A DNA stretch of 64,000 nt from IMG/VR virus record IMGVR_UViG_3300045988_107814, positions 64,001-128,000 of that record; one strand, 5' to 3'. The notes beneath the pieces were generated by a model. That model was not told the DNA's origin, ran no database searches, and saw nothing but the letters and a program-made list of their open reading frames with translations. Each line of letters opens with the position of its first letter. Positions within the stretch are counted from its first letter, which is position 1. Source of the stretch: a virus. Below are positions 1 to 9,243 of the stretch, in pieces. A program made the translations under genes and the position numbers.

Positions 1-2174
1 ATTGGATCTTGTTCATCTGGATCAAGAATCAATTGTGCAACACTTTGAGAATATTCGTTTACATTAGTCATCATCTGGTTAGTATTTGTAATATTTAAGA
101 ACATTGGTGGCGGTAATACTACAGATAACTGAATGTTATCATCAAACTCATTATTATAAATCTTATTAAATATACGAGTAAGATTCTTCTGATATTTACT
201 TTGACGATTATATACTTTTCTTAAAAACTTACTAGAAGACATAGTTAACTGAGAAGAATAATCTACAGAATTACGCATCTGAATCATTTCCATAGGAACA
301 TCTGTGCTATTAACAGCCATTTCTTCAAGAGATGTCATAAACTCAGTTTGCCATTCTACTTGTTGACCTTGCATAACTTCAAAATCAATAGGAGCCTGAC
401 CACCTGGACTTCTAGGAATAATATAATCATTAAACATACCAGTTATATTCAAGATATGGTTAATATTCTCAATCTGTCTAATACCAAAGTTACCTTTCTT
501 AATCTGATTGATAGTATTAAGTAATGTCTTTGAAATATTAGTATCTACGGTTTGATTTACATAATATACACGTTTATCTTGTGCTCTTGTCATGTTCCAA
601 ATAGAATGCGTAATATACATAGCACAGTACAATGTTGCTGGGAACATTGCTTTATCTAGATCAGAAATACCTCTATGAGTATCTTTGTTCATATTAAAAT
701 ATACATGTTCCATATCATCGGGTGGAATAAATGTAACTCTAACCTTATTCATATGAGAACTGTTATTATCATAATTATATTTAAGAACTGTATAAATTTC
801 ATTTCTTAAATCTTGATTGGCGTTAATAAACTTAGCATCAATAAAATTAGAAATCTGATTAGCAAGAAATCTAATAATAGTATTCTGCTTATTAGATTGA
901 TCTAGCATACTATTTGTAGAAAGAATAGAATTAGATCCTTTTAAAGACATTGTAGGATCTTGCATCTTATCGTAATCACCTACTGGATTATAAGGACCAT
1001 CCACTTCAATATAATAATAACCAAAACAATACTCTTCAATATAGATAGGAATAACATGTTTACGTTCTAATACCTTTACAATAGTACCAGGTACATTAAT
1101 AAACTTATCATCCTTTGTCTTTCTCTTAGCAGTGTTCTTATCTACTAATCCATCTTGTCCTCTATCATCAAATCCTTCAAATGACAAATCATCTTTAATA
1201 GTCTTCTGAAATCTTCCCTTTACAACATCACGTATATTTTCAGCTGATTCAAGGATTGTTTCTTCAGAAAAATTTGCACCTTCATAATTCAATGACATTT
1301 CGTTCAATGATTGACAAGCTTTTTCAAATCTCATTGTATTTTCTACTACAGAGTTAATTACACCAGTATAACATTCCAATTCAATATTATCCAATCCAGT
1401 CTCTTTAAACATTTCTGGAGTAATATCTTTTGGCAATTCATCCATTTGAATATTACCTGATTCTGTTATAATAGTAGATTCTTTGATATCTAATTCAGCA
1501 CGAGTATTATTCTTTTGCTTTAATAATCTAGCTACTGCCTTCTTATATGGTACAACATAAACAAATGCTTCACCATACTTAGACGCTTGTTCATAAATCT
1601 CATCTGTTAAATCTTGGAACTTATAAGTTTCTTTAATAAACTTAATATGCTCATTATATGTTTCAGAATCATTTGTGATATTTGATGAAGTGATATTAAT
1701 ATAATCTTTAGAAAAATGGTCTGCTGATAGCACATTGTCTTTTCTAGTATCTAATGCCTCTTGCAATCTTGGCATGTATTTTAGAATAGTATCAATCTTG
1801 TTATCATAATCAAATACAGTAGTTGTATTATTGATAAATCCCATTAATCCAGCTTCTATAACTTGACTATCATTAATAAGAGATTCTAAACTTTTACCAG
1901 ATTCTTTATCACCAGGCTTTAAATTACTACCTTGCCGCTGCATTCTAGAATATAGAGTGCTCATAGTTCCTTTACCTGTATTATCCATATTAACAGAAAC
2001 TATGTTATCTATAGAAGAGTCAAGTTTAGATTTAATAGATTCAAGATCTTGTTTATTAGAAGGCTGTGAATAATATGTCTTACTATATAGATTATCTAAG
2101 TTATTTTGAATGGTATTGGAAAGTCTATTAATAATACCACTAGATGATTTTTTCTTATCATCTTTTTTAGCCAT
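1..2174 (-). CDS. portal protein, partial (C-terminal end lies beyond the left edge)
   Basis: Absent from the supplied ORF track (no stop inside the window). The minus-strand frame from the ATG at 2174-2172 stays open to base 1 (about 724 codons), with GGAGG 7 nt upstream. It translates as MAKKDDKKKSSSGIINRL... The core segment HRGISDLDKAM..MTRAQDKRVYYVNQTVD..MFNDYIIPRSPGGQAPIDFEVMQGQ..FMTSLEEMAVNSTDVPMEMI follows the pattern I know from T4 gp20-type portals (G-x-S-x-L, R-x-x-x-R-R-V-F-Y-x-D, E-D-Y-F-x-P, L-x-G-G, x-V-P). Confidence 0.65.
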   Translation of the reverse strand, partial: MAKKDDKKKSSSGIINRLSNTIQNNLDNLYSKTYYSQPSNKQDLESIKSKLDSSIDNIVSVNMDNTGKGTMSTLYSRMQRQGSNLKPGDKESGKSLESLINDSQVIEAGLMGFINNTTTVFDYDNKIDTILKYMPRLQEALDTRKDNVLSADHFSKDYINITSSNITNDSETYNEHIKFIKETYKFQDLTDEIYEQASKYGEAFVYVVPYKKAVARLLKQKNNTRAELDIKESTIITESGNIQMDELPKDITPEMFKETGLDNIELECYTGVINSVVENTMRFEKACQSLNEMSLNYEGANFSEETILESAENIRDVVKGRFQKTIKDDLSFEGFDDRGQDGLVDKNTAKRKTKDDKFINVPGTIVKVLERKHVIPIYIEEYCFGYYYIEVDGPYNPVGDYDKMQDPTMSLKGSNSILSTNSMLDQSNKQNTIIRFLANQISNFIDAKFINANQDLRNEIYTVLKYNYDNNSSHMNKVRVTFIPPDDMEHVYFNMNKDTHRGISDLDKAMFPATLYCAMYITHSIWNMTRAQDKRVYYVNQTVDTNISKTLLNTINQIKKGNFGIRQIENINHILNITGMFNDYIIPRSPGGQAPIDFEVMQGQQVEWQTEFMTSLEEMAVNSTDVPMEMIQMRNSVDYSSQLTMSSSKFLRKVYNRQSKYQKNLTRIFNKIYNNEFDDNIQLSVVLPPPMFLNITNTNQMMTNVNEYSQSVAQLILDPDEQDP

Positions 2175-2196
2175 ATGACTACCTCCTTTTATAATA

Positions 2197-2209
2197 TTAA
2201 TAGATTGTT
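2197..2209 (-). promoter_or_regulatory. candidate phage promoter, AACA-N3-TAWTAA class
   Basis: The minus strand reads AACAATCTATTAA, 22 nt upstream of the portal ATG. The same 13-nt pattern occurs upstream of three other structural-type genes (12905, 43799, 49604). Confidence 0.3.
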
Positions 2210-2253
2210 GATTTGATTAGTTTTTGTCATTTTGAAATAATTAATCAATTTAG

Positions 2254-2405
2254 TTATATATAATTATAGTGAATAGAAGATAGATTATAGGCTATTATTA
2301 TAAAAGCTATTCGGTCTGGATGCTCGGAGACCTTAAACTGAGCAATGGATGTATAAACTTTGGGGTTAATTTACTATGATCCCACGACGTTAAAGGGAGG
2401 CCAAT
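2254..2405 (+). promoter_or_regulatory. conserved promoter plus 5' leader element, copy B
   Basis: Blocks shared with copy A (24935-25080, minus): TATATAATTATAGTGAATAGAAGA (23/25 identical), a hairpin (ggtct..agacc, 2313-2332), TGTATAAA (2350-2357) and ATGATCCCACGACGTTAAAGGGAGG (2376-2400, 21/24 identical), which runs into the SD and ATG of the 2406 gene. Confidence 0.55.
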
Positions 2406-2927
2406 ATGGTAAAAGACTTTAACACGAACAAGCAATTCAAGCTGACTGAAAGGGAAAATAAAAATCCTAATCAGTCAATATGCTGGAATTGTCAAAACGC
2501 AGTTCCATCTGCAACAACTGGTTGTTGCTGGTCAAGGAACTTTATGCCTGTTAAGGGATGGGAAGCTAAACCCAACCTTGATATGAGATCCTTTAGGATT
2601 AAAAAATGCCCGCTTTTCAAAGAAGAAACTCCTGAAAGTAGGCAAGGAAATTTATGCAAGTATGATTCTGCTTGCATAAAACTAGCGGAGCATATCATTA
2701 AAAGTGAAATATCTCATTATAGAGAAATCTTGAGACAGTATTCACAAGCTCCACTCTACAGTAAGGATAGTCAGAAAGTTGCTGGAGAACTTCATTGCAT
2801 AGAAAGATATTTGTGTAGTGAAGTCTATGCAAACCTTACTATGAGATTGGTAGACCTTAAAGACTTCTGCAATCAACTCAGAAGAGAATATGGGATCGAA
2901 CCGATGGACGAATATTTCGTTTATTGA
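2406..2927 (+). CDS. Cys-rich small protein (putative zinc-binding, possible regulator)
   Basis: 173 aa, with AAAGGGAGG 6 nt before the ATG. It has a cysteine cluster CWNC-x10-GCCW...KKCP with FMPVKGWEAKP. I recall similar small proteins in temperate Firmicutes phages, but from memory only. It lies in a locally GC-richer two-gene island. Confidence 0.6.
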   Translation: MVKDFNTNKQFKLTERENKNPNQSICWNCQNAVPSATTGCCWSRNFMPVKGWEAKPNLDMRSFRIKKCPLFKEETPESRQGNLCKYDSACIKLAEHIIKSEISHYREILRQYSQAPLYSKDSQKVAGELHCIERYLCSEVYANLTMRLVDLKDFCNQLRREYGIEPMDEYFVY

Positions 2928-2983
2928 TTCAATATACATACGCAATCCACCACCCGACGATGTCCAAAAAGGAGGACTATAAA

Positions 2984-3448
2984 ATGAACAGTTATATCCA
3001 AAAAACCAATGGCGAAAAAACATGGGACAGATACGATTTTGTAAAGTTCCTGGATGGAGATTCTGTAATAACGGAACTCAATAATACAATGGCTGATGCT
3101 ATTTTTCAGTCAATTGTAAACCAGACATTGATTTCTGGTACAGATATCACCGAATCCACACTCAATAGATTCGGTGATATGTATGAAAAGATGATGATTA
3201 GCAAGGTCAACATTTATTGCCTTGATTGTGGCAAGGTTTCAAACGAAGAAGTTCTTTACTTCACAGTAAGTGTGACTGGCTATAAAAGATATTTGAACCT
3301 GAAAAGGCTCTTTACAATCGTTACCGAAAATAATATTACCATCGGTGATATGAAGGAAATGGAGGATAATGATAACAAATTTGTTATCCTCTCTGTCGAT
3401 GAAAGATGGGTATTTGAATGTGAAAGAGAACCGCTAAGAAGAAGATAA
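2984..3448 (+). CDS. hypothetical protein
   Basis: The ORF track begins it at a TTG (2924) overlapping the previous stop. The ATG at 2984 has GGAGG (2971-2975) 8 nt upstream, so I prefer it (154 aa). Contains CLDCG. A terminator follows. Confidence 0.7.
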   Translation: MNSYIQKTNGEKTWDRYDFVKFLDGDSVITELNNTMADAIFQSIVNQTLISGTDITESTLNRFGDMYEKMMISKVNIYCLDCGKVSNEEVLYFTVSVTGYKRYLNLKRLFTIVTENNITIGDMKEMEDNDNKFVILSVDERWVFECEREPLRRR

Positions 3449-3486
3449 ATTCTTCTAATGACTGATTTATAAGAGACATAAAATAA

Positions 3487-3519
3487 GAAACGTGCTATTG
3501 CCAAGCACGTTTCTTTTTT
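3487..3519. terminator. bidirectional rho-independent terminator
   Basis: gaaacgtgct-attgcca-agcacgtttc forms a 10-bp stem, with a T-run on the plus strand and an A-run before it. It lies between convergent genes. Confidence 0.8.
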
Positions 3520-3520
3520 A

Positions 3521-4150
3521 TTATAAATCCAGAAAATTCATAAATGTTTGTATGTCAAGATTATCCTTATGAGATATAAACTCAACGATGAAATTATAGT
3601 TATTATTAAGATTATATATTCTAGCATCTAAATCCGTCTTTTTAGTGCCAGGTAACATACTCGGAGTTAAATATATAACCTTATTCTTTAATATATATCT
3701 AGAAGCTCCATCTGCTGTCTTTCTTAATAAAACGTCATTATAAAATCTCTCATCATTATTTAACCCAGAAATATAATCTGTATCAACACAAGATCTAATA
3801 TAAGAACTCAATTCCTCAAGAGTACTAATTGATTTGTTAAAAGAAGTCACTGCATTATATCTTGTAATAGAATCAAAATTTTCAAGAATTCCAATGTCTG
3901 TTTCGAATCCAACAGTTTTATCATATACAACATCTGTAGAATAAATCTTGTTAAAATATTTATCAGAAAGATTATTACACTTAGTCATTATAATATTTCC
4001 TGGATTAGTTACAAACAATATATTTCCAAATATATTGTGTCTAATGACATAAAAGTATTTATTTGTGTTTGTCTTAATCTTCATGCTTTTCAAATATGAT
4101 TTAAATATGGTAGAACTATTTTTGAGATCTTCTCCAAATATATTATCCAT
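3521..4150 (-). CDS. hypothetical protein
   Basis: 209 aa. Its ATG overlaps the stop of the upstream polymerase fragment in TAATG (4148-4152), suggesting translational coupling. Confidence 0.75.
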   Translation of the reverse strand: MDNIFGEDLKNSSTIFKSYLKSMKIKTNTNKYFYVIRHNIFGNILFVTNPGNIIMTKCNNLSDKYFNKIYSTDVVYDKTVGFETDIGILENFDSITRYNAVTSFNKSISTLEELSSYIRSCVDTDYISGLNNDERFYNDVLLRKTADGASRYILKNKVIYLTPSMLPGTKKTDLDARIYNLNNNYNFIVEFISHKDNLDIQTFMNFLDL

Positions 4151-6192
4151 TATACAGTCTCTCCAATCTGTTTAGGTTTACTATACAAATAACCATCCTT
4201 AAGACTATCATAAATTTCTGTAAAGTTATTAAAATCAGAATTGTCAAAGTCAAACTTAGGTTGATTGAACTTGTCTTTATTTCCAGATACAATAGCATTT
4301 ACAATTTCCAAGTCACGTTTATTATTACATTTAATAAACATACTTCTATCATCCATTTCAGGACTACCAGAAATATCATCAAAATCATGATATGTCATAA
4401 TTCCACTAGGATATTTCACTGTTGTAAAATACTCAATAATATCATCATACATCTCTTCATATCCAGCAAAATGGAACCAACGACTAAAGAATTCAATCCA
4501 GTTATGAGATTGTAGATCATCCATAAATTGTCCTTCTCGTTTCCATTTAACATCATCACGTCTAAATCTATTTTCAAATTCATATACCTTATTAGGAATA
4601 TTTACATGTCCAATCAAAGTTGTTCTAGACATATTAAATTCAGATGTGATAGATGGATACAAAGCTTTATAATCAAAGTCATCCAAGTTATCAAAGATTG
4701 AAATTGGAACACCATTAATTTTCATCTTAGAATAGTCACTGTTATATTTAGGATCCGCAACAAATGCTCCAGGGAAATTAACTTTAGGATTGTTTTGATT
4801 TGTGTTGTTTCCTATAATCATACCATAGTTATAATATGATTTAGCGGCTCTATTTTTAAGATATACTGTCTGACGATAAATCTTAGACCAACGAGTATTA
4901 TCAAGTAATACATTATTGTATGCTGAATCTATATCATTAACTTTGAATTCAATACAATACTGAACAATAGTATCCATAATATTATAAAATACAAATGTTT
5001 CATAATCTTTATATGGAAGATCAGCAAGTTTATTTGTAATATGACTATAATCAAGCTTCTTTACACCACAAGTAATTTCGCCGATATAATCCAATCGATA
5101 ATTTGCAATTGCCTTTTGACCTTTACGTCTAGATGCAAAGTGAATCATTTGATCAAGATATACAGAATAACTACTAATCTTTGCGAAATCATTACGTTCT
5201 TCATATTTGAACTGATTTCTTTCGTCAATCATATACTTTACTTCTTTATATTTAAAATCTGGACTACACATTATACCTTTAGGATTATATCCAAGATTAA
5301 TAATTCTTTGGATAATATACGGAATATCGAAAGCCATATTCCAAGCAAGTACAATATCAGGTTTAATATTGTTGATATAATTAAATAGATGCTTTAGCAT
5401 TATAATCTCATCTTTCTCATCATAGAAATGAAATTGTACAGTCATCTTATCTACTTTATATTTTCTTGCTTGTTTAGATCCACCTACAGCATTGATAAGA
5501 AAACTCTTTAATTTATTATGAAGAGCAGGAGTATGAGTTTCTTTTTCAAACTTTTCAATCAAAGGATTCTTATCATTTCTCAATAAGAATGAATGAACAA
5601 CTAATGACTGATCATCAATAAAAGACACTGCATTAATCGGACACTCACCCAACGAAACAAAATCTCCTTCACAATCAATGATATCAGCCTCAATATCAAG
5701 AAATGATTTAGTTGGTTTGGTATAGCTATTTTCATATGTGTGAGAAAATTGAAATCTAATATTATCTTCAATATCCATATCAGACATAAGAACTCTAGGA
5801 TCATAGTTACACATTGTTCTATTTCCTAATCTATTACCATTTCTGATATTATCATAGAATTTATTAAGAAGTCCTAATCTCTCAGCAATATCTTTCTGTA
5901 ACTGTTGATATGGAACAATTATACATTTACAATCATCTTTCATTGCATATTCCAAAGTATAATTTGGAATTTCTTGTCCATCAAGAAGCATATAATATTC
6001 ATAACTAGGATCAACAATAGTTTCAAGAAATTTCTCTCCTGTATTACAATCCTTGATAATTAAATCAATTGCTCCTGGTTGCCATTTACCAGACAAATCC
6101 TTTCTAGGATAATGGTAAATAGTATTCAACAAAGATAATGGATATCCTTTTGGATATTGACCTATTAAAAAATCATTATCATAATACTTCAT
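4150..6192 (-). CDS. family B DNA polymerase, N-terminal fragment (N-terminal domain, 3'-5' exonuclease, palm motif A)
   Basis: 680 aa, with GGAGG before the ATG. Carries ExoI FLDIEADI (5680-5703), ExoII WNMAFDIPYI, ExoIII YNIMDTIV and motif A DFDYKALYPSI (4648-4680). Motifs B and C are absent. Confidence 0.85.
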   Translation of the reverse strand: MKYYDNDFLIGQYPKGYPLSLLNTIYHYPRKDLSGKWQPGAIDLIIKDCNTGEKFLETIVDPSYEYYMLLDGQEIPNYTLEYAMKDDCKCIIVPYQQLQKDIAERLGLLNKFYDNIRNGNRLGNRTMCNYDPRVLMSDMDIEDNIRFQFSHTYENSYTKPTKSFLDIEADIIDCEGDFVSLGECPINAVSFIDDQSLVVHSFLLRNDKNPLIEKFEKETHTPALHNKLKSFLINAVGGSKQARKYKVDKMTVQFHFYDEKDEIIMLKHLFNYINNIKPDIVLAWNMAFDIPYIIQRIINLGYNPKGIMCSPDFKYKEVKYMIDERNQFKYEERNDFAKISSYSVYLDQMIHFASRRKGQKAIANYRLDYIGEITCGVKKLDYSHITNKLADLPYKDYETFVFYNIMDTIVQYCIEFKVNDIDSAYNNVLLDNTRWSKIYRQTVYLKNRAAKSYYNYGMIIGNNTNQNNPKVNFPGAFVADPKYNSDYSKMKINGVPISIFDNLDDFDYKALYPSITSEFNMSRTTLIGHVNIPNKVYEFENRFRRDDVKWKREGQFMDDLQSHNWIEFFSRWFHFAGYEEMYDDIIEYFTTVKYPSGIMTYHDFDDISGSPEMDDRSMFIKCNNKRDLEIVNAIVSGNKDKFNQPKFDFDNSDFNNFTEIYDSLKDGYLYSKPKQIGETV

Positions 6193-6235
6193 ATATTTTA
6201 CCTCCGTCTTTCTTAACTAACGCATTGCGTAACTT

Positions 6236-6380
6236 AATGACTATTATATATTAGTTTGTCAATGTATAAAAATCGAAAATAACTCCTCACGGTACCCGAC
6301 AACCGTGAGGAATCAAAATAAATTAACAGAGGAAAACAAACTCATAAGAGGAAATCATGTCCCAACCAGACCTTAAGGTA
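6236..6380 (+). promoter_or_regulatory. degenerate third copy of the leader element, with a GC-rich hairpin
   Basis: Contains TGTATAAA (6263-6270), a 9-bp hairpin tcctcacgg-tacccgacaa-ccgtgagga (6284-6311) with no T-run, and ATCATGTCCCAACCAGACCTTAAGGTA (6354-6380), which resembles the ATGATCCCA..GAC.TTAAAGGGA block of copies A and B. It sits in a divergent intergenic region. Confidence 0.35.
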
Positions 6381-6430
6381 ATATTTCAACCTTATTTAAA
6401 TGTTCAAAAATATTAGCGATTTATATGAAA

Positions 6431-6446
6431 AACATCTCTATAATTA
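6431..6446 (+). promoter_or_regulatory. candidate phage promoter, AACAT-N3-TATAAW class
   Basis: AACATCTCTATAATTA is 15/16 identical to 25128-25143 and ends 23 nt before the ATG at 6470. Confidence 0.4.
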
Positions 6447-6469
6447 GCACATAAAGGAGGAAACATTAT

Positions 6470-7420
6470 ATGTCTATGCTTAATTGTGATGTTTTTACAT
6501 CTCCAGAATCTGCAAATAAAGATTCTAACACTACTACTCCAATAGTTAATAATACTTCTGAGAGTACAGATCCACCTAAAAGAAAAAGAGGACGACCAAG
6601 AAAAAGTGAACAGCAGTCTAATACTTTAGAAGTTAGTGCTTCTTCTAATATTCAGAAACAAGATATGCATGTTCCTATGTGTCAATCTGATGAATCATAT
6701 GAAAATAATTATGATGAAACCAATAACATGTTGAAATATTCTATTATGCAATTGGATATCTTGGCAAATGATGTTAAATCAGAACTTGATTCTATTAGAA
6801 AGTCAAAGACCCTAAAAGGTAAATATCAATATATTTCTGATCTTTGTTCTACAGCTAGTAACTTAGTAAGTTCTAAGATTTCCGCTATTAAAGAAATCAA
6901 CTCTGTTAAAACAAACTGTTATAAACTAGAACTACAGAGAGCTAAAGATATTAGAACTTCTCAAGTTAATCAGCAAGATGATGATAAATATATTACAGAT
7001 CTATACAATGCTTATATTAATACTCCTGTTGGCGGAGTTCCTAATCCAGCATTACAATATACATCATCCAATATTGGTGGTAATATCAATGCTTATATGA
7101 ATGGTATGAACACTACTCAAGTTAATGAAGAACAAAATTTCCAGAATTATATGAATAACTTATCTCCAGAACAGAATAGAATGATTATTGGTGATAATCC
7201 TAATATTGAAACTGTAGTTGCATTTGATCCTAATACTGGAGAAAAGGCATTTGAAGTTATTGATACTAGTACAGGTTTATCTGTTCCTAATTATCCAAGA
7301 CCAAATGCCTCTTTATTAGATGATACAAGTGTAGATGTTTCTACAGGTATTGCCTCTAATACTAATATTGGACAAAGTTGGAAAGTTGTTGTACTTGGAG
7401 ATATGCTAAATAAGTTTTAA
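6470..7420 (+). CDS. hypothetical protein with N-terminal AT-hook
   Basis: 316 aa, with AAAGGAGG before the ATG. KRKRGRPRK (6578-6604) matches the GRP-core AT-hook. The C-terminal half is N/Q/T-rich. Confidence 0.75.
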   Translation: MSMLNCDVFTSPESANKDSNTTTPIVNNTSESTDPPKRKRGRPRKSEQQSNTLEVSASSNIQKQDMHVPMCQSDESYENNYDETNNMLKYSIMQLDILANDVKSELDSIRKSKTLKGKYQYISDLCSTASNLVSSKISAIKEINSVKTNCYKLELQRAKDIRTSQVNQQDDDKYITDLYNAYINTPVGGVPNPALQYTSSNIGGNINAYMNGMNTTQVNEEQNFQNYMNNLSPEQNRMIIGDNPNIETVVAFDPNTGEKAFEVIDTSTGLSVPNYPRPNASLLDDTSVDVSTGIASNTNIGQSWKVVVLGDMLNKF

Positions 7421-7483
7421 TCTATATATTATTATAATGATTACATGAAGTAATCAAAATTTTACTTTTAAGGAGTTTAAATT

Positions 7484-7825
7484 ATGGAAATCAACATCGA
7501 TGGAATTGAAACTTTGGCAACTGATTTTTTCAGTAATCTTGACACTTGTCGTCCTGAACCCGTGCAACTTACTTTAGGTGAAGAATGTTATGTAGTAGAT
7601 CAATCTATGATAGATGAAGAGAATGAATCATATGCATTCATTCCTTGTATCGTTGTAAGAATTGATCAGTCTACAAGAATTCCTGGAAGATGGTATTATG
7701 CTCTTCAGGCAAAAGATTCAATTAATGATAAAGCGTTAAACTCTATTAGGGAAGGGGATTTATTATATTATAAATATCTTGAAAATACATCTCCGTTTCT
7801 TATGAAAATTAACGAAGTTAGATAA
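7484..7825 (+). CDS. hypothetical protein
   Basis: 113 aa, with a TAAGGAG RBS. A terminator follows. Confidence 0.75.
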   Translation: MEINIDGIETLATDFFSNLDTCRPEPVQLTLGEECYVVDQSMIDEENESYAFIPCIVVRIDQSTRIPGRWYYALQAKDSINDKALNSIREGDLLYYKYLENTSPFLMKINEVR

Positions 7826-7856
7826 TCTTATCTAACGTAATCAAATTTAAAAAGAG

Positions 7857-7885
7857 GGATGAGTCGAAAGGCTCATTCTTTTTTG
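7857..7885 (+). terminator. rho-independent terminator
   Basis: gatgag-loop-ctcatt stem followed by CTTTTTTG. Confidence 0.65.
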
Positions 7886-7902
7886 TTAAAGGAGGTTAGA
7901 AA

Positions 7903-9207
7903 ATGGCATATAGAGAGATAAAAGTACAAGATGTATCTATAAGTAATCAGTTAAATAAAAATATTACTGTAGCACCTTTGCATCAAAGCTATGCGTTATG
8001 CATAGAATATATGAAACATTGGTTTTTAGAAAAGTTTGAAAAAGATTTCTTTTCTTGGATTCATATAGATGGTAGTCATGTATTTGGAGAGATATCCAAA
8101 ATTGATAAAAAGACTATTATGTCTCATCTAAGTGATGACAAAGCTGCTCTATCTATTATTCCTATGATAGATGATGATTATAATAGAGATAGATTAGATC
8201 AGAATTTATTCGGGATAGATCAATTTATCAATACTACAAAGATTGATAAGTCATTCTTTCAAGATCCAATTAATAGAAGATATATAATGATGCAGATGGA
8301 TATGATATTAATGACATTTACTTATAGAGTAAAAGTACCATCAAGAGCAATGCAGTTAGATTTACAGAAGTATATGAAATTAGCATTCAGAACAAACTTA
8401 TCAGAAACTAAAGATGCTGATTTAGACTATGTATTACCATATCCAATGATGCTATTTGTAGCCAAAGATTTAGGTTTTGAAATTAAAGATGACAGAATTT
8501 GTGAACCTCTTAAATTCCTTACTTATTTAAATAGTCGCTCATATATACCTATCACATATAAACGTTCTAATGTAAATGCTAGAGAAGAATACTTTGTAAG
8601 AGTAGATCATCTTCCAGTTAGATTAGGGATTAAAGATGTTATTAAAGATGACGGTAATAGATATGGTCATATTGCAGATGACTTTGGTATTGAAATGCAA
8701 GTAGAAGCTAGGTTTCCGGCAATGCAATTATATGTATATTTCACAAAAGAAGACTTTACAAAAGTTGCTTTTGGTAAAGAAGCATATAATATTGATAATA
8801 CTCTGATGATGTCTCTGCATTATTATGATGACCCACCGGCAATTAATGATAAGGGATGGAAACTTACAGTCAATGCTCAATGGGAAGAAGATAAACCTGG
8901 TAAAATAAATATTGATCTTAATGAATTATTTGATGGTGAATTGTCAGATATTTCTAAGAATTTATTGTCTAAATTTATTTCTCCTAGTGTATTTATAGAT
9001 ATACAAATCTATAGTGGAGGATTAAAATTAGAAGAAGTTGATATAGATTGGACTAATATGAAACTATCAGCAAACAACCCAACAAATAAACTAGTATCTA
9101 CATTAGCAATTTATATTGATCTTGATTATTTAAATAGTAATAGAATTGAAAGTTATGGTAACAGCTCTAGCAAGGTATTACCAAGTACCCCAGAAAGGTC
9201 TTACTAA
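7903..9207 (+). CDS. hypothetical protein (head-module position)
   Basis: 434 aa, with an AAAGGAGG RBS. It opens the plus-strand block that ends with the capsid gene. Confidence 0.75.
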   Translation: MAYREIKVQDVSISNQLNKNITVAPLHQSYALCIEYMKHWFLEKFEKDFFSWIHIDGSHVFGEISKIDKKTIMSHLSDDKAALSIIPMIDDDYNRDRLDQNLFGIDQFINTTKIDKSFFQDPINRRYIMMQMDMILMTFTYRVKVPSRAMQLDLQKYMKLAFRTNLSETKDADLDYVLPYPMMLFVAKDLGFEIKDDRICEPLKFLTYLNSRSYIPITYKRSNVNAREEYFVRVDHLPVRLGIKDVIKDDGNRYGHIADDFGIEMQVEARFPAMQLYVYFTKEDFTKVAFGKEAYNIDNTLMMSLHYYDDPPAINDKGWKLTVNAQWEEDKPGKINIDLNELFDGELSDISKNLLSKFISPSVFIDIQIYSGGLKLEEVDIDWTNMKLSANNPTNKLVSTLAIYIDLDYLNSNRIESYGNSSSKVLPSTPERSY

Positions 9208-9243
9208 GAACTTTATTATAAAACTACTAAGGAGGTCGATATA

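Noticed and set aside
2924-2983. Upstream-extended starts used in the ORF track (2924, 16987, 22276, 50114, 62976, and possibly 11856).
   Set aside because: The extensions begin at non-ATG codons or place the Shine-Dalgarno inside the coding sequence. Internal ATGs with AGGAGG-type sites at 6-9 nt spacing are preferred.
4150-4650. A split intein (as in cyanobacterial DnaE) joining the two polymerase fragments.
   Set aside because: The C-terminal extension of the N fragment has no Cys/Ser-initiated N-intein block. The N-terminus of the C fragment has no H-N followed by C/S/T. The extra sequences are therefore not recognisable intein halves.
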